From Bigelowiella natans CCMP2755 (lineage: Eukaryota > Protista > Cercozoa): a stretch of 64,000 nucleotides of DNA. The position numbers were made by a program, and so were the translations under genes. Of this stretch, positions 42,190-54,897 are shown piece after piece. The notes under the pieces were generated by a model. The model was not told the DNA's origin. It saw nothing but the letters and a program-made list of their open reading frames with translations, and did not search any database. Numbering within the stretch: position 1 is the first letter of the stretch; the number at the start of each line of letters is the position of its first letter. The DNA is taken from assembly GCA_000320545.1 (NCBI GenBank), contig ADNK01003312.1:6256-70255 (forward strand). The letters run 5' to 3'.

Positions 42190-42369
42190 TTCTCTCAACC
42201 TCTATCAATATCTACACTCCTGTTTCTCCTTACAGCATGCTGGTTTGAATAAATGTAGGAGGGGGCACAAGTGGCAGATGTTTGGGCTCATTGCGTTGAC
42301 TTCGTTATCGATGCTGGCGAGCGTGAGTCTCATTTAAATATTTATTAATATATACAAATACATACATAA

Positions 42370-42402
<33 letters not shown>

Positions 42403-42407
42403 CTTGC

Positions 42408-42441
<34 letters not shown>

Positions 42442-42597
42442 CTCACTTTACAGCGAAAACCACTCACTCTGGTGTTACCACTCTCAGGAGATTCGAATCC
42501 ATCTACTGTTGTTGACATGACGGATGATTCTGGAAAGATTCGTCTCCTACGAGAAGGTGCTGGCGATACAGAAATCTTCCGACCTTATTTAGAATGA
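40651..42597 (+). CDS. YrdC/Sua5-domain protein (YciO/TsaC-like) with S/R-rich organellar transit-like leader
   Basis: AVKAIKEGGIVVLPTDSCYTF, DAVQRIYTIK, KPLSLLC, LPGPYTFILPA, RKEIGVRMP, PVLCSSV, VDFVIDAG, PSTVVDMT...LLREGAG, ending RPYLE* at 42597. Start uncertain. Confidence 0.92.
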
Positions 42598-43854
42598 TAG
42601 GATTTTTCTACTGTGTGCGTGGGTCTACACATGTGCAAGCTTTATTTGATGACGTATAGCATTGGCGTTGCTGCATTTACAGTCATTAGAAAGATATCAT
42701 CAAAGGTATACCTGCTTTGCGCAGAACAGCTAGACAGATGTAACGTTCGAACAACACGTTGAAATTGAACGCTGTACTACCTGCTGTCGCAATGAGTCTG
42801 TAAGTTTTAAAGCTGACTATGGATGTAACAACTAGCATCATTATTAGCACTAGAGCAAGGTGACATGCGCGATCATCGATCGCGCTCGTCAACACCTATC
42901 ACGCAACGCTACACCACGTTAGCATGCACATGTACGCACAATGATGCACAATTATATTGCATAGCTAGCTAGCTGCATTAGCTAGTAGTAAAGATAAATA
43001 ATATTGGATATATTATTACGTGTAAAATACAATTTCATTACGCCAAATATGAACCACTTCATCTAGCCTGCTATCGCTTGTCCCATGTGACGTGATCAAC
43101 TCTAGTATTAACGCATACATAATCCATGTGGATTTTACATATGCGCGCATGCTAATAAAACACTATTATGCCTGTGCGATCTGGAGCGAATGATGGCTAA
43201 TTCGATTCGCTAGTTGCAATGTGCCATATGTGGACATGGCAGTACACATGCCCAATGATTCAGCGTTTGTATGTGTCAACTATTTGTCTGAATTTGTATT
43301 ACATGTGTTGAGGAGTACACTAAAAGAAGAGACTTAGCTCACTATGATCATTCTATGGTGAAGCTCGATATGAGTTGCACGCGTATAAGATTGAAGCATA
43401 GGATATGATCGACTGCAATTATGACGAGTAACTGTTTTAACCTTTCACTGTGACTACTTACCACGAACCGGTGCTACGCACGAATATCGGCGTGAAGAAA
43501 ACTACTACAGGCAGCCCATAGCTGCCGTATAGTCGACGATGGCTTTCGTGCTAATTTCACGATCGAAAGCAACTAAGATCTTTATTTGTAGGAAGCATTT
43601 ATAATTGTGGATCTGTTGGTAGAGGAGCAGCAGTGGTAGTAGTAGTAGTAGTAGTAGTATTTATAGTATTTTGTAGTAACATGATAGCATTGCCTGAAAT
43701 TAATTAGCAACGGCTACATCTTTTATTATCTATTTTTTGTCTGTTTTGGATCTGTTAAATGGAAGCGGGTTCTATGCGTGTGCATCATTTGCCCATCCGC
43801 CCATCGTTTCTAGCTCGATAACAGTTATCACTCCACCCTCTCCTAGAGATATTT

Positions 43855-44880
43855 TTAATAGTGGGATGAAGCGACAGCAGCAGTGCTTGTCGGGGGCGGA
43901 GGCGTGGAGGACAGAATAGCCCGGTCGCCTATGTCCTGCACAGGCCTAGCATTGAACCCGTTTTTATCCGACGCTGGCAGAAGCTTGGTCACGCTTGCGA
44001 ACACGTCAAGCTGTTCCTTCGACATCTCGATTGGATCCGTGTAGAGGTAGTATTTCACGTTTTCCGAGCAAGGCGGAGTGGTGAGCGACCCGGTGTAGAA
44101 GAGATATCTGGAGTCCGCAGAGTCGTGGTCGGCGGGAAGAAGGTTCAGCAGATCAAACCGTCCCTGTATCGTGTGCTCCACTCCCGTGACGGTTGGAAGG
44201 AATTGCGAGAACTTGTACTTGGTCGACGGAAAGGCGTCGTTTGCCTCGCCTTCCTTCACGAACACGGACAGAACGCCGTATTTATTATCTGCGGGCGGGA
44301 CGGCCTTTTGGTTCTTATGGAAGAATTGAATCTCCATAGCGTAACGGGCTCCATTAAACGTGTGCTCGGAAGGATAGTGAAAACGTACATCCATTAGGGA
44401 GTAGTTGCCTCCTGGGGTTAGTAGCCAATTCCCAGTTTTCTTAAAATCAAAAAAGATTCTTTTGCCATTGTTGGTGATTTTCAGAGGCGATGGCTTGTAA
44501 CCAGCCTTCAACGGCACAAGATTGTTTGCAATTCCCCACGCGGAGTCGTCCTGCAGGTCGATAGGAGACTGCATGCCACTTCCTCTACAAGCTAGATTCT
44601 CCCACCTGCTCTCTTCATACGAGAAATCGTCATCAGGGTTAAAAGACATGCCGTAGAAAGAGATGTTTCCCTCTTTCCACACCTTAGCAGCTGCAAAGTG
44701 TCTACCCATGCAGGTGGCATCGGCATTTGGAGACTCTGGTGTCACGAAGAACGCAATCGTGAAAGTCAGCAGCACTCCGGCGAGGAGAGATCCCACGCAG
44801 GCTCCTATGATAACTGTCGTCCCAAACTTTTTCTCCCCTCCAAAAATGGGTGTGCTTTCGTCACTGGATGAGTTAGCCAT
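43855..44880 (-). CDS. Alpha-carbonic anhydrase-like protein, membrane-anchored, probably catalytically inactive (CA-related protein)
   Basis: Uninterrupted ORF with N-terminal TM (VIIGACVGSLLAGVLLTFTIAFFV), QSPIDL, NNGK, PSEHTFNG, YTGSLTTPPCSENV and NARPVQ. Zn-ligand motifs read VRFHY and EIQFFH. First ATG at 44880. Confidence 0.93.
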   Translation of the reverse strand: MANSSSDESTPIFGGEKKFGTTVIIGACVGSLLAGVLLTFTIAFFVTPESPNADATCMGRHFAAAKVWKEGNISFYGMSFNPDDDFSYEESRWENLACRGSGMQSPIDLQDDSAWGIANNLVPLKAGYKPSPLKITNNGKRIFFDFKKTGNWLLTPGGNYSLMDVRFHYPSEHTFNGARYAMEIQFFHKNQKAVPPADNKYGVLSVFVKEGEANDAFPSTKYKFSQFLPTVTGVEHTIQGRFDLLNLLPADHDSADSRYLFYTGSLTTPPCSENVKYYLYTDPIEMSKEQLDVFASVTKLLPASDKNGFNARPVQDIGDRAILSSTPPPPTSTAAVASSHY

Positions 44881-46097
44881 TTTTATTCGAAGATGTCCTT
44901 GCTTCCTGAAAACAGCATACAACGGTCACAATATGCTCTCTTTTTACTGGGCATTCCGTTGCGCCACCCCTATCCCCCTCCTCGTCACCCAACTACATCT
45001 TAGGGGTCGAATGGGCTAGAAAGAATTTGTGGAATGTATACAGTAGTTATTTATGACAATGACTTCGTGCCTAGGTTGGGGGCTTCACGAGAATCAGGTC
45101 TGGAGGAAGGGCACCTCTTCTTCTTCTTCAACCACTACCTTTTCTTTTGGATGATGAGGAGAATTCTGGTGATTCAGATTAGCGTGCTCCTTTTCAGGCA
45201 GGTGAAAGGAGATTTTCGGCTGCGTCACGATAATTGGCAAGTCGTAGAAATTGAGCCATCGGTGTTTCATATTACCGTTAAATATTTCAAAGCGTAAATG
45301 CCCTGGTGCTTCGGAGTGTGACAAATGAGACGCAGTGTTTGCCGTGTACGAAGCACCAAATATCCATATTGCCTGTAATCTTTGAAGTACGACATCGAAG
45401 GGAACAGTTGAATGAAGGGAAATAAAATAATTAATAAACTAATTCTTGAAAACAAACGCAAGAAAACTCATAAACGGCACCCGGGAGAAGAAGGTACAAA
45501 TGTACATTCTGATATCAACGGTTGGATAGTACGAATTGCGACACGTTAATCCCTGGACCTTTGCGCATAAAAACGCCCGCGTCACATTGGAGAAAAGTGT
45601 GATTTGGGGTACCTTCAACAGCGAGACTGGTTTGTATGAACAATCTTTTTTCGAACGGAACAATAAGTATGTCGCTTGGTAAAAACGACACCGAAAAATA
45701 TCCAAAAACAACGGACAACTGCGCCAAAAGGTGCCACCTCAACTTGGCCAATTTGGCGAAAGGTCCGTCCCGATTTTTGGAGATACGGAGAAACAGCTCC
45801 GCGATTTGTCGTCTTCTACATTTATCCTCAATTTCCTCCTGTTCGCAACAAGCCAAAAGAACCACGAGAAGCAGTGCAGAACGTTCAAAGAAAGGAGGCG
45901 GTTGCAAAGGGAAACACAAGGAACTTGTGGCAAAAACTGGTTTTCCACTGAATAAGTAGCAGAGGCTTGTCGCAGGACAAAAAACATAGGTATTAGATCT
46001 ATCTAGATCTACTTTTTCCTACACACCAAGACGACCTCTATAGAGCATTTCTTGCTTGCGCCTCTTCCCCTTCCAGCCATGATGCAGGGATGAGCGT

Positions 46098-47550
46098 ATG
46101 GCTCTGCAGAACAGAACTGGCAGAATAGCACAGAGTTCTTGCTTGATGTCGGAAGCCAAAAGGGAGGTGTTGAGCCTGGATGGTGACTCAAAATCAGGTT
46201 GCTGATTCATTCTTCTGTCCTGAACAGTTTAATAATTGCCACGCATCTCTTAGGAGCAAACCCTGCGGGTAATGGCCTTCAAAGCCGATTTTTCGGATGC
46301 CTTGTTGGCGCAGCAATTGGCGACGCTCTCGGAGCACCTGTTGAAGGTCGTAGTAATGGGATTCTTTCCATCATTCAAATGAATAAATACAAATATCAAG
46401 TGATCGAATGCATGGTACCCATTTGGTAGGCTTGAGTCAAGCTGCAATTCGTGAAGATCCCCTCTTTGCTGAGGAAGGGGTAAGGGTGATGATCAGCCAG
46501 AAAGATATGAAAAGCTGGAAAGACATCGCAAAATCAATGGCCTGCACCGTAGATGAGTTGGGAGCGACTAGGCCATCAGGGAGCTACACCGACGACACGT
46601 GCTTAATGATAGCAACCGCGAGGGCGCTCATCAGTTCTGGGAAAAGGGACCAAAATGGAAAATCAGGAGCGGCCTCTCCAAGCTGCGAGACGTTTGGGAG
46701 GGCTCTTGCAGAAACCTATGCAGAGATTGAAAAGAGCTCAATGAAAGGCTTGAGAGGATTTGGGAGTGGGACGGAGAAGATCTTGAAAGCGCTACTCGAG
46801 GGACGTGTGACACCTTCAAAGTCTGGAACCTTTCTTCGTAAGGACGGTTCTAATCGAAATGGAGGCGCGATGAGGATTGCTCCTATTGGCCTTGTTTACC
46901 GCAATGCGAAGCTTGCATCACTGAGGCACATCGTCAAGGAAGCATGCTGGCCAACACATGTCCATGCGGAAGGAATAGACGGCGCCCTAGCTGTTGCTTA
47001 TGTTGTGTCGCGTTGTATATCAGCGAAAAGCCCTGCCGATTTTCTCCAAACACAGTCTGAAGAAGGTCTTCTGAGGGAGCTAAACTCAAAAGTTTGTGTG
47101 ACGGATGCACTGCGAAGGCGTTTCAAGGCACTAGAAGAAAGCTGGAAATCTGTCAGCAAGCACCAGTGTTTCAGATGGAAGGACTCGGAGGCAGAATATG
47201 ATATCAAAATTACTACAAAAATTCGGGATGACCCAAAGGACTGGGTGCAAATAAAAGCAAGCGACGCTGCTGCGGTAGCCATATGGATGTTTCTCCGACA
47301 TGGCATTATGCTTGATGACAAATACGGGGCTGTTATTAATGAGCAGAGTCTGAATCCTACGGAAGCTCTCGTTCGAACGATTAGCCTTGGAGGTGATACT
47401 GATACGCTTGCCTGCATAGTCGGCTCGATGATAGGTGCTCTGCATGGCCCATCAATTTTCCCAAAGAAATGGCTGAATGACCTTGAACGCGGTACAGAAT
47501 TGGGATCGAACTTGTTTGAGGAAATAGCAAAGAAACTTGTTGAATTGTAG
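46098..47550 (+). CDS. ADP-ribosylglycohydrolase (ARH3/DraG family)
   Basis: Three exons. GCLVGAAIGDALGAPVEG, YTDDT, NGGAMRIAPIGL, PTHVH, GGDTDTLACIVGSMIGALHG; the Mg-binding acidic motifs are intact. Confidence 0.95.
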
Positions 47551-47559
47551 ATGCTAGGC

Positions 47560-48520
47560 ATTCATATGCATGTGCACGTCTTGATTCGATTTCTGATACA
47601 TCTGAATCGACGGGAAAACTTCGATCAAGTTACTGCCTGTCTGGTCATGTGCAACTGAAACATGTGCAATGATTCACGCTTCGATGCATTCCTTGGTCAA
47701 TGAGCTAACGAATGTTGCTCACAAGTCTAGAAGTGGTGATCAAGCTAACCTAACTACACTGAGCAATGCTGAACCTGCTAGCTTCATCATCTTTAGGTCG
47801 TGAAGATTGCCATGCCTACTTCTAGACTGCATGATGACTGACCATGCTGACATGCCAGCATGTGTGCGTGCATGCATGTCTACTAGTCTAGCTAGCTAGA
47901 TGAGCACACCTCTAGCTAGCTAGACCTGTTTGGACGCCATGCGCGCTAGCATGTGAAAGCATGCTAGTATGGCTAGATGGCGTCACGAGCTAGCGAGCAC
48001 GCTAACTAACACGGGCTAGCGGGCCTCTGTCACTTCGCGTGCACAAAGACATCATCTAGCATGCTAGATATAATAGATCATGTCCACACACGTTGCACAT
48101 GCATGCGTGCATGCAATGAACATCTGCATCAATCCAAACAATGTGTGCTCTAGCTAATGCGTTCATGTTTGTCTTTTGTCATGCCACATGTGCATCTTCA
48201 TCTAGAAGTATGAGTTAGTGTCCACAACACGTGTCACGTGTGAACCTGCATTTCAGCGAACTAGCGAAATGCCAAGATGTGCTACTCCAGCACTGGTGAT
48301 TTTTCAAGGTTGCACGTAGCAGAAACATCATGTCCACTGGCTAGCTAGTCCGCCATTTACAGTACGTGCAGGCATGTTTAGCACGGGTTGCGGACTAGTG
48401 TACGACTACTAGAGTAGGCGGTGTGAGCATAGCACTAGCGTAGTTGAGGCTTCATGACAGCAGGGTCCTATCGCGTGCCATGGCATACTACATGCAGTTG
48501 AACTAGTTGCATGAAATTAT
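47560..48520. repeat. CTAG/CATG-rich intergenic island between convergent genes
   Basis: Same composition. CATGCCAGCATG...CATGCATG...TCTAGCTAGCTAGA at 47851-47900 resembles 13306-13335. Confidence 0.55.
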
Positions 48521-48554
48521 GTGATTAAATTGACAAGTGATATGATTCTTTACT

Positions 48555-49378
48555 TCATGAAATCATATACAGAAGCCTGATATTTATAACTAAGTGCATT
48601 ACATTGTCGCAAAATGAGATTGACAATTTACTTGATGCACTCACATATAGCAAACCCAACTTTAACGCACTCATGTCGACACCACACTCATTCGAACAAT
48701 CATAGACCCGCCTGATTGTAATGACTGGGCTTATCACGTAGAAACATTTCGAAATAACGTTTCCATACCTGTCCTAGCTATCTTCTTCGGGTCTCTTGTG
48801 AAAGATACTGGCTTCTTATGCCTAGATACGTAACAAATATTCCACATTAGAATCTAAATATATATTTACCAAAAAGTGAGCTTCTTACAAGGGCAACCTA
48901 CAGATACTTTCTGTTTCAACATCGAGATTATCTAAATCAAGAAACCTAACGAATAATAATTTAATTATTTATCTTATGACGAAATAAAGTAAAGAAGTAA
49001 AAATTTTGTGATAATATATCCTTACGTAAACTCAATCTCGCTTGAATAACAGCTGCCATCCTAATATCATGATATTAGTTATAATCATGTATTTGTATGC
49101 TGGGACAAGATAACTGATAGACTGATGAGAGAGTGCAAATTATAATGGTCTCCTATAATTACCTTTCTTCTCTTCAATTGCTTCAGCTGAATGAAAATAA
49201 AGCGCTGCTCGTTTTCACTGGTAGGTGCGATGTTAAAAGCCAAAATCATTTCAATTAGAGATAAATTCAGACATAAAATTTCACACCTTCCCTTTAGAAT
49301 ATAGATGGTGCTTGTCAAATCACCCGGCAATGTTTGTGCTGGCTTACCGACAATGTTACCCTAATACAAGTTAGTACA

Positions 49379-49415
<37 letters not shown>

Positions 49416-51697
49416 TATATATAATATACAATCATATAGTAATTCAGAGGAAATACCGTCCCATCAGCAATAGTAACCGCAATAAATGGCCTGCCAATGT
49501 CTTCATCTAGCACTGATGACTCGCCCCCTGTCATATGAAATCCTGTGACTAACAAACTAATTAGGTGAACTTATTCACAACCTAAGTCAGATTTTGATTC
49601 TGTATCGTCAGAAGTAGCTCTTAGAAAGAAACTCTGATAATGGGTAAAATATTGATCAGTATTTTTACTGTACCAATGAGTATTATTGCTACCGAGCTTC
49701 TTTTTTTCAAGGATAATCCATCCTGGATATTAAATGTGACCTAAATTAATTTAGTAGAAATAAATCAGTTAAATCGTAAAATTGCCAATCATCGAAATGA
49801 CATTACCGATTTAGATGATATTGAGTCTACGGACACTTTCCAGATGTCAACCCCATGAAACTAGAGAACATAAAATTAAACCATTCGCCATTAAGTAATC
49901 ATAATATCAAACCAACAATATCAAACCAGCAACTGTCATAGGATAATCTATAGAACTTTGAATCTAATGCCAATGTTTCTTAAAGGACACCTGCTTTGTG
50001 ATGTCAGAGGTGAATGCAGACCAATTCGTCATCTTAATCCATTGATGCGGCAACACTTCTTCTTTTTTTGAGAGTATGGATTCTTCCGTAGTAGCCTTAA
50101 CAAAATTGAAAAATGAATGAAAGGCAAGATAAACTGTCAATAATGTAGAAAAATTATTCAGTACTTTAACTTTTTCTAGGAATTTTTCATCAGGCAGAAT
50201 TTCAGCAGGATCTGCCGAACGCATCAGTTGTAACTTTGCAGATTCCATCTCTGCTCTCTTCAATGATGCTTTCAGCTTCATGATCTAACAAATGTCATAA
50301 CAGTATTAGATAAAACATCCAAAAATTACAGTTAGTTGTTCGCATAGTACTTCCTGTTTGAGAGACTCTTTCTCTGCAGTCCAGCCTATCTTTTCTTTCT
50401 CAAGTTGTTGAATTTTTTCATCCCCTTCAGCAATTTCTTCTTTCATCTTCTTTGATTCAATTTCATGTTGCTGAATAGCAACTTCGTTATTTTTCTTCAA
50501 ATCTGCACATTCCTTACGCAGTTCCTGAAGGATGGATTCCTTTGCAGCGACCTCCTGGGCTGTTGCAATTTCGCTGGCGGAGACTGCATCCTTGACCACT
50601 GCTGCTGCTTTAGCAGCCTTGGCAGCCTCTGCTGCAGCAATGGCTTTTGCTGAAGTAACATCATCTTTCAACTTCTTTTCTTCAGCAAGGAATTTTGCAT
50701 GCTCCTCTCGTAGTTGCTTCAGGGCTTTCTCCTTTGCCTCGGCGTCCTTGGATGCTGCAATTGCTTTTGCCTCTGCATCTTTATTGCGACTTACAGCACT
50801 TTCTGCTGAAGCGTTTGCAGCATCCGCCACTTTTTGCAAAGAATTCTTTTCTTTCATTAACTTGTTGTGCTCATCACGCAACTTTTGTAGGGCGCGTTCC
50901 TTTTCCACCGCATCTTTGACAGCTTCGTCAGCAACCCTTTTTGCCTCTAGCAGCTTCTTATGCTCTTCACGTAAATTCTTAAGAGCCAGCTCCTTTTCTG
51001 CTGCATCTTTGGCCGCACCTTCAGCTTTCGCAGCAGCTGCAGCAGCATTTTGAACAGCTTTAGCAGCCGCTGATTTCGCTTCCTGAGAACATTTCGTTTT
51101 TGCCTGTATATCTGCGAGATATGCAGTTTGAAGCAGCTTTGAGTCGGTGGGTCCAACTTCTTCGGAGAGCTCCTTGACCTCTTCCATTTTGAGTTTGGAG
51201 GTACCGAAGTCGAGCTCCACAACACAGAATTCATCATTTTTCTCAATTAGAACACTGAAGAAAAAGTCAGCGTGAGATTTGACAAAAAGGCCACATACTG
51301 ATCATTCTTGCTAACCCCTTTCCGTAGGTAGTGGAGACTTGAGGTGGATTTTTGAGATGCTTTGAATGGATGAAGACATTTCCGAATGCGAGTTTCACTT
51401 GCTTGATATCAGTAGCGGAATCTGGATTCACTTCACGTCTGACAAGTAAAAACTAATTGAAGCGACTACCTTGAAACGAAAAAAATATTTGAATACCCTA
51501 TTCCATATGGGGTTACATAGTATTGTCCTACAGATTATTTCAACCATCCACGAAGCGTTAATGCAACAAGATTTGTCCTTCTAGATGATGTTCCAATTGA
51601 TTAATAGAACAAGAATTTTGTCCCGTCGTGTGTAGAGACAACCTAGTTTATCTTCGAGAGCTCCTGAGTTGCATTGGCAACTTGCATTTTGTCCCAT
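48555..51697 (-). CDS. N-acylated protein with TPYG-type repeats, long Ala/Lys/Glu coiled coil and beta-rich C-terminal domain
   Basis: MGQNASCQC start, then YVTPYGIG...VKLAFG and VSTTYGKG|VLIEK...VVELDFG. ~300-aa heptad-rich exon at 50350-51256 with repeated KExALxxLREEH. Several short 3' exons; the 3' end (VINIRLLYMIS*) is tentative. Confidence 0.7.
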
Positions 51698-52729
51698 GAC
51701 TGGTGTTCAATGATCACGTCTTAGTGGGGTAAAGGTTCGGGGGTTGAAATGTGAGAACTCTGCTTCAAAAAAAAAATGTGATTTTAACCTACTCTTCTCC
51801 AAAATTAGCTCGAATCATGCAAAAAGGCCACCCAATTAGGTCATACTTTTTCATTGCTTATCGCGTATCCCCAACCATGCACTGGTTACATTTTTTCGAA
51901 ATCCAAGCCAAAAACGTTGTAAATTCGTAATATACTCTGTCATTAAAGTGCAAGTGCCCTTTGGTCTGCCCAAAATGTTGTTCACTTCTGGGATTTAACA
52001 GAATTTTTGAATCAGCAAACGGCAGATTCTTTGTTGTACATAAAAAAGCCCCCGGAGATTGGCAACATGGGCTGATCTTGAAAACAAAGAACCGTTTTGG
52101 GCTTGTTTTTCCTGTTGTTTTTTTGACAATCCAACTGCGACATTTTACCAGGTGAAATAACATGCAATTTTCCACATGCGTCAAGCTAATAGTGAATTAT
52201 GTACAAATTACCGTATTTACCGTTAGTATCGGAAATTGGTACGTTGGTACTTGGAGCTATCTTTTGAAGTCTGCCTCATTGATCAGCAAGTTCAAATGAA
52301 CGACACAGGCACCAATGCCATTGCTTCTCTATTGTACTGTTTTTAGGCCATTTTGTCGATTTTTTTCTCTATAACAGTGTCTTCACATGATAAAGGAGGA
52401 AAGCAAAGCTCGTAATGAGTATTGTTCCTCGTGACGCCTGTGCGACATGAAAACTTATAAGTCGCAAATTGTTTGCAGTTGCTGAAGGTGAGCACTATTT
52501 CGCTTCCATCACCGTTTTTCTGCTTTCTTAATAAATTTTATGTGGCATTTTTATCAAAAATATCAATGAAGTTCTGCTGCGCAGGTAGATTGTAGGCTAT
52601 TTTTAGAAATTTTCTTAAAAGATTTCGGATTTTTTGCAACTTTTTTGTTGATGGATTGTGCCTCAAAACTCCGGTGCTATCGCAACGCAGGTGGGGGGCC
52701 GGTAACGTGGCCCCATTTGAACATTGTAG

Positions 52730-54897
52730 CATCTATTTCGTACGATGCCAAAATCTGCTTTGAAGAATGACAATGCTAGTAGCAGCCTGTGCAAGTCTCG
52801 TCGGACTTACTGCTATAACATTGCTCTGAGTGAGGACGACGCAGACATGGTGAAAACTGCAGGAAAGGAACACCACTATCTTACATTTGAGTGGGTCAAT
52901 GATGACGGACTCACAGAAATTTACCGGCTCCGATGTTCTTTGGGCCTTGCGTCGAATCCGCAAGCTCGAAGAAACGCGAGACCAAGCAAATTTAAACGCA
53001 AAAATACAAATACGCTTGATCTTGAGCCAGACAACACTAGGCTAAGTTTTTCTATCAGGTTGACACGCCATAATGTTGGATCTTTGGGAGGATTGTGGTG
53101 GAGAAATTCAGATGAATATTTCATTGAGCTTTTGCCTTCGAGAGAAGGCAGAAAACAACGGAGTTCACTTCCGTGGCCGTTGACTGTTTTTGAGTTAAAA
53201 ACAAACCATAGGATAAGGGTTCTCCGTTTTGAACGGGGAAACAAAGTGAGGGTTAATTTTCTAATCCAGAAGGAATATACAAAAGAAAATGGTAATGATC
53301 AAGTGGAGGACCTTAAGCAGAAAAGAAGTGGAACAGTACAAGATATGCAATGTGATGAGGTATATATTGGATTAGTAATGGCTCTGATATTATTAGGAAG
53401 TATCTTTAAATTATCAGGTGGATATCTCTATGGGGGACCTTGGAACCATGGAAGATGATGTGAATATGCAGCTTGAAGAATCTCCTCGAGGTTACAATAT
53501 GGCGGAGGTCTATCGGTAATAGTATTCAGAAATATGTGTAAACACTTAAGAATTTCCTTTTTAATCAATCAAATATTGAGAAGTATCCTATCAACAATCA
53601 GGACTGAAAACTCCCATGATGCAATGCTTAACCTTCGGCAGCATGATCTATATGTAAGAAGTTACATTAGTTGGACCAAAATTAAAACATTCATAATTGT
53701 GATAAATTTAAATTGTTCTGTTCACTTAACGAACTTTTTTGGTCTTTCTTCACAAGAACATATGGCGTCATAGTATGCTGTGGCACTGATTCTCTTCTAC
53801 TTTAGTACGATCAGGGAAGAATAAGTAATTCTGGTTCTACATCAATGTGCACTGAAATTCCAGTGTTCGACGAGACCAAATCTACAAATGATAACAGCAT
53901 TGACACAGCTTCCTCGATATTTTCTGATTACTCAAGAAACGACCACGACTTCTGTTCTCCTTTCCATGCCCATGAATTTGCTACACCAGAGAGTAGCTGC
54001 ATCTCTACAATACCTTCTGTTGATGGTGGGACTGGTCAGAAAGTAGATCTCGTTGTCATGAATATGAAGGTTCTCGTTTCTAAAGACCGAGGGTTAGGAT
54101 TGTTACAGAATATTAAGAAGACTTTAGCAGAAAAATTCAGTGCGCAAAATGTAAATTGCGTGAAAATTGATTCACCATATAGTCCTGGCAGGTCAAAATG
54201 TTGGAAATTGGTAATCCGATTCGGAGACTTAGATTTTTCGTCCCCTGATCACAGGAGGTTAGCGAAACAGAGGATGCAAACGGTATTCCGGGGGGCTAAA
54301 ATTCCTGATTCCAACGTGGTAGAAGAAAATGTCGAACCTGGCTCCATCATTGTAACTACTTGGATACGGAAATTGGACACTCAAAGACGGTTTTTAATCA
54401 AGAAACTTACCCAAAACTACCCTGATACTACATGTAGCCTTGGAGTTTCTCAGCATCCGCTTTCAGATGCAAAGGGTTCTTTGTATACAATCCGAGCGAG
54501 CTTACCAGCATCGGAATGCAAGCTAGCAAGATGGCGAAGTCACATCCAACAATCCCACTTCTGTTCGGAGCTTTCGTTCATGCTCAATGTAGCTGTGCAG
54601 AGTTGTGAATTCGAAGGCACAATGTCTAGCAGTAACTTTATTGAACAGCACAAAAAAAAATTCCATCACATGTCAAACTATGGGAAAAAACCATCGACTG
54701 CAAGTTTGATGGAGAATCAATCCCAGGTTGAATATAATTATCATAGATCACAATTAGCTGGCAGTGATAAATCATTCTTTGATCACTTGCACACAGCCAA
54801 ACAGCTTGGAATCTTCGTTCTAATGAGATGGAATCGATATTTTCACCGCAGGAGAGGTCCGTCAGATCTCCCCCCCCCACATTTGGGGGACAACTGA
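52730..54897 (+). CDS. Hypothetical protein, few introns
   Basis: Long ORFs 52745-53458 and 53845-54897 are joinable by short introns (ERGNK|EYTKEN, QCDE|VDISMG). Contains a SEA-like EPGSIIV strand. Extra 5' exons are likely at ~52.3-52.5 kb; alternative stop near 54823. Confidence 0.65.

Noticed and set aside
45000-46050. Cluster of overlapping 70-130 aa ORFs
   Set aside because: No motifs or consistent frame. It lies between two divergent genes and is best explained as promoter and 5' UTR sequence.
50532-51053. 173-aa Ala/Ser-rich plus-strand ORF (likewise 46998-47561, 44663-45019, 27836-28192)
   Set aside because: Antisense shadows of real coding exons on the opposite strand.
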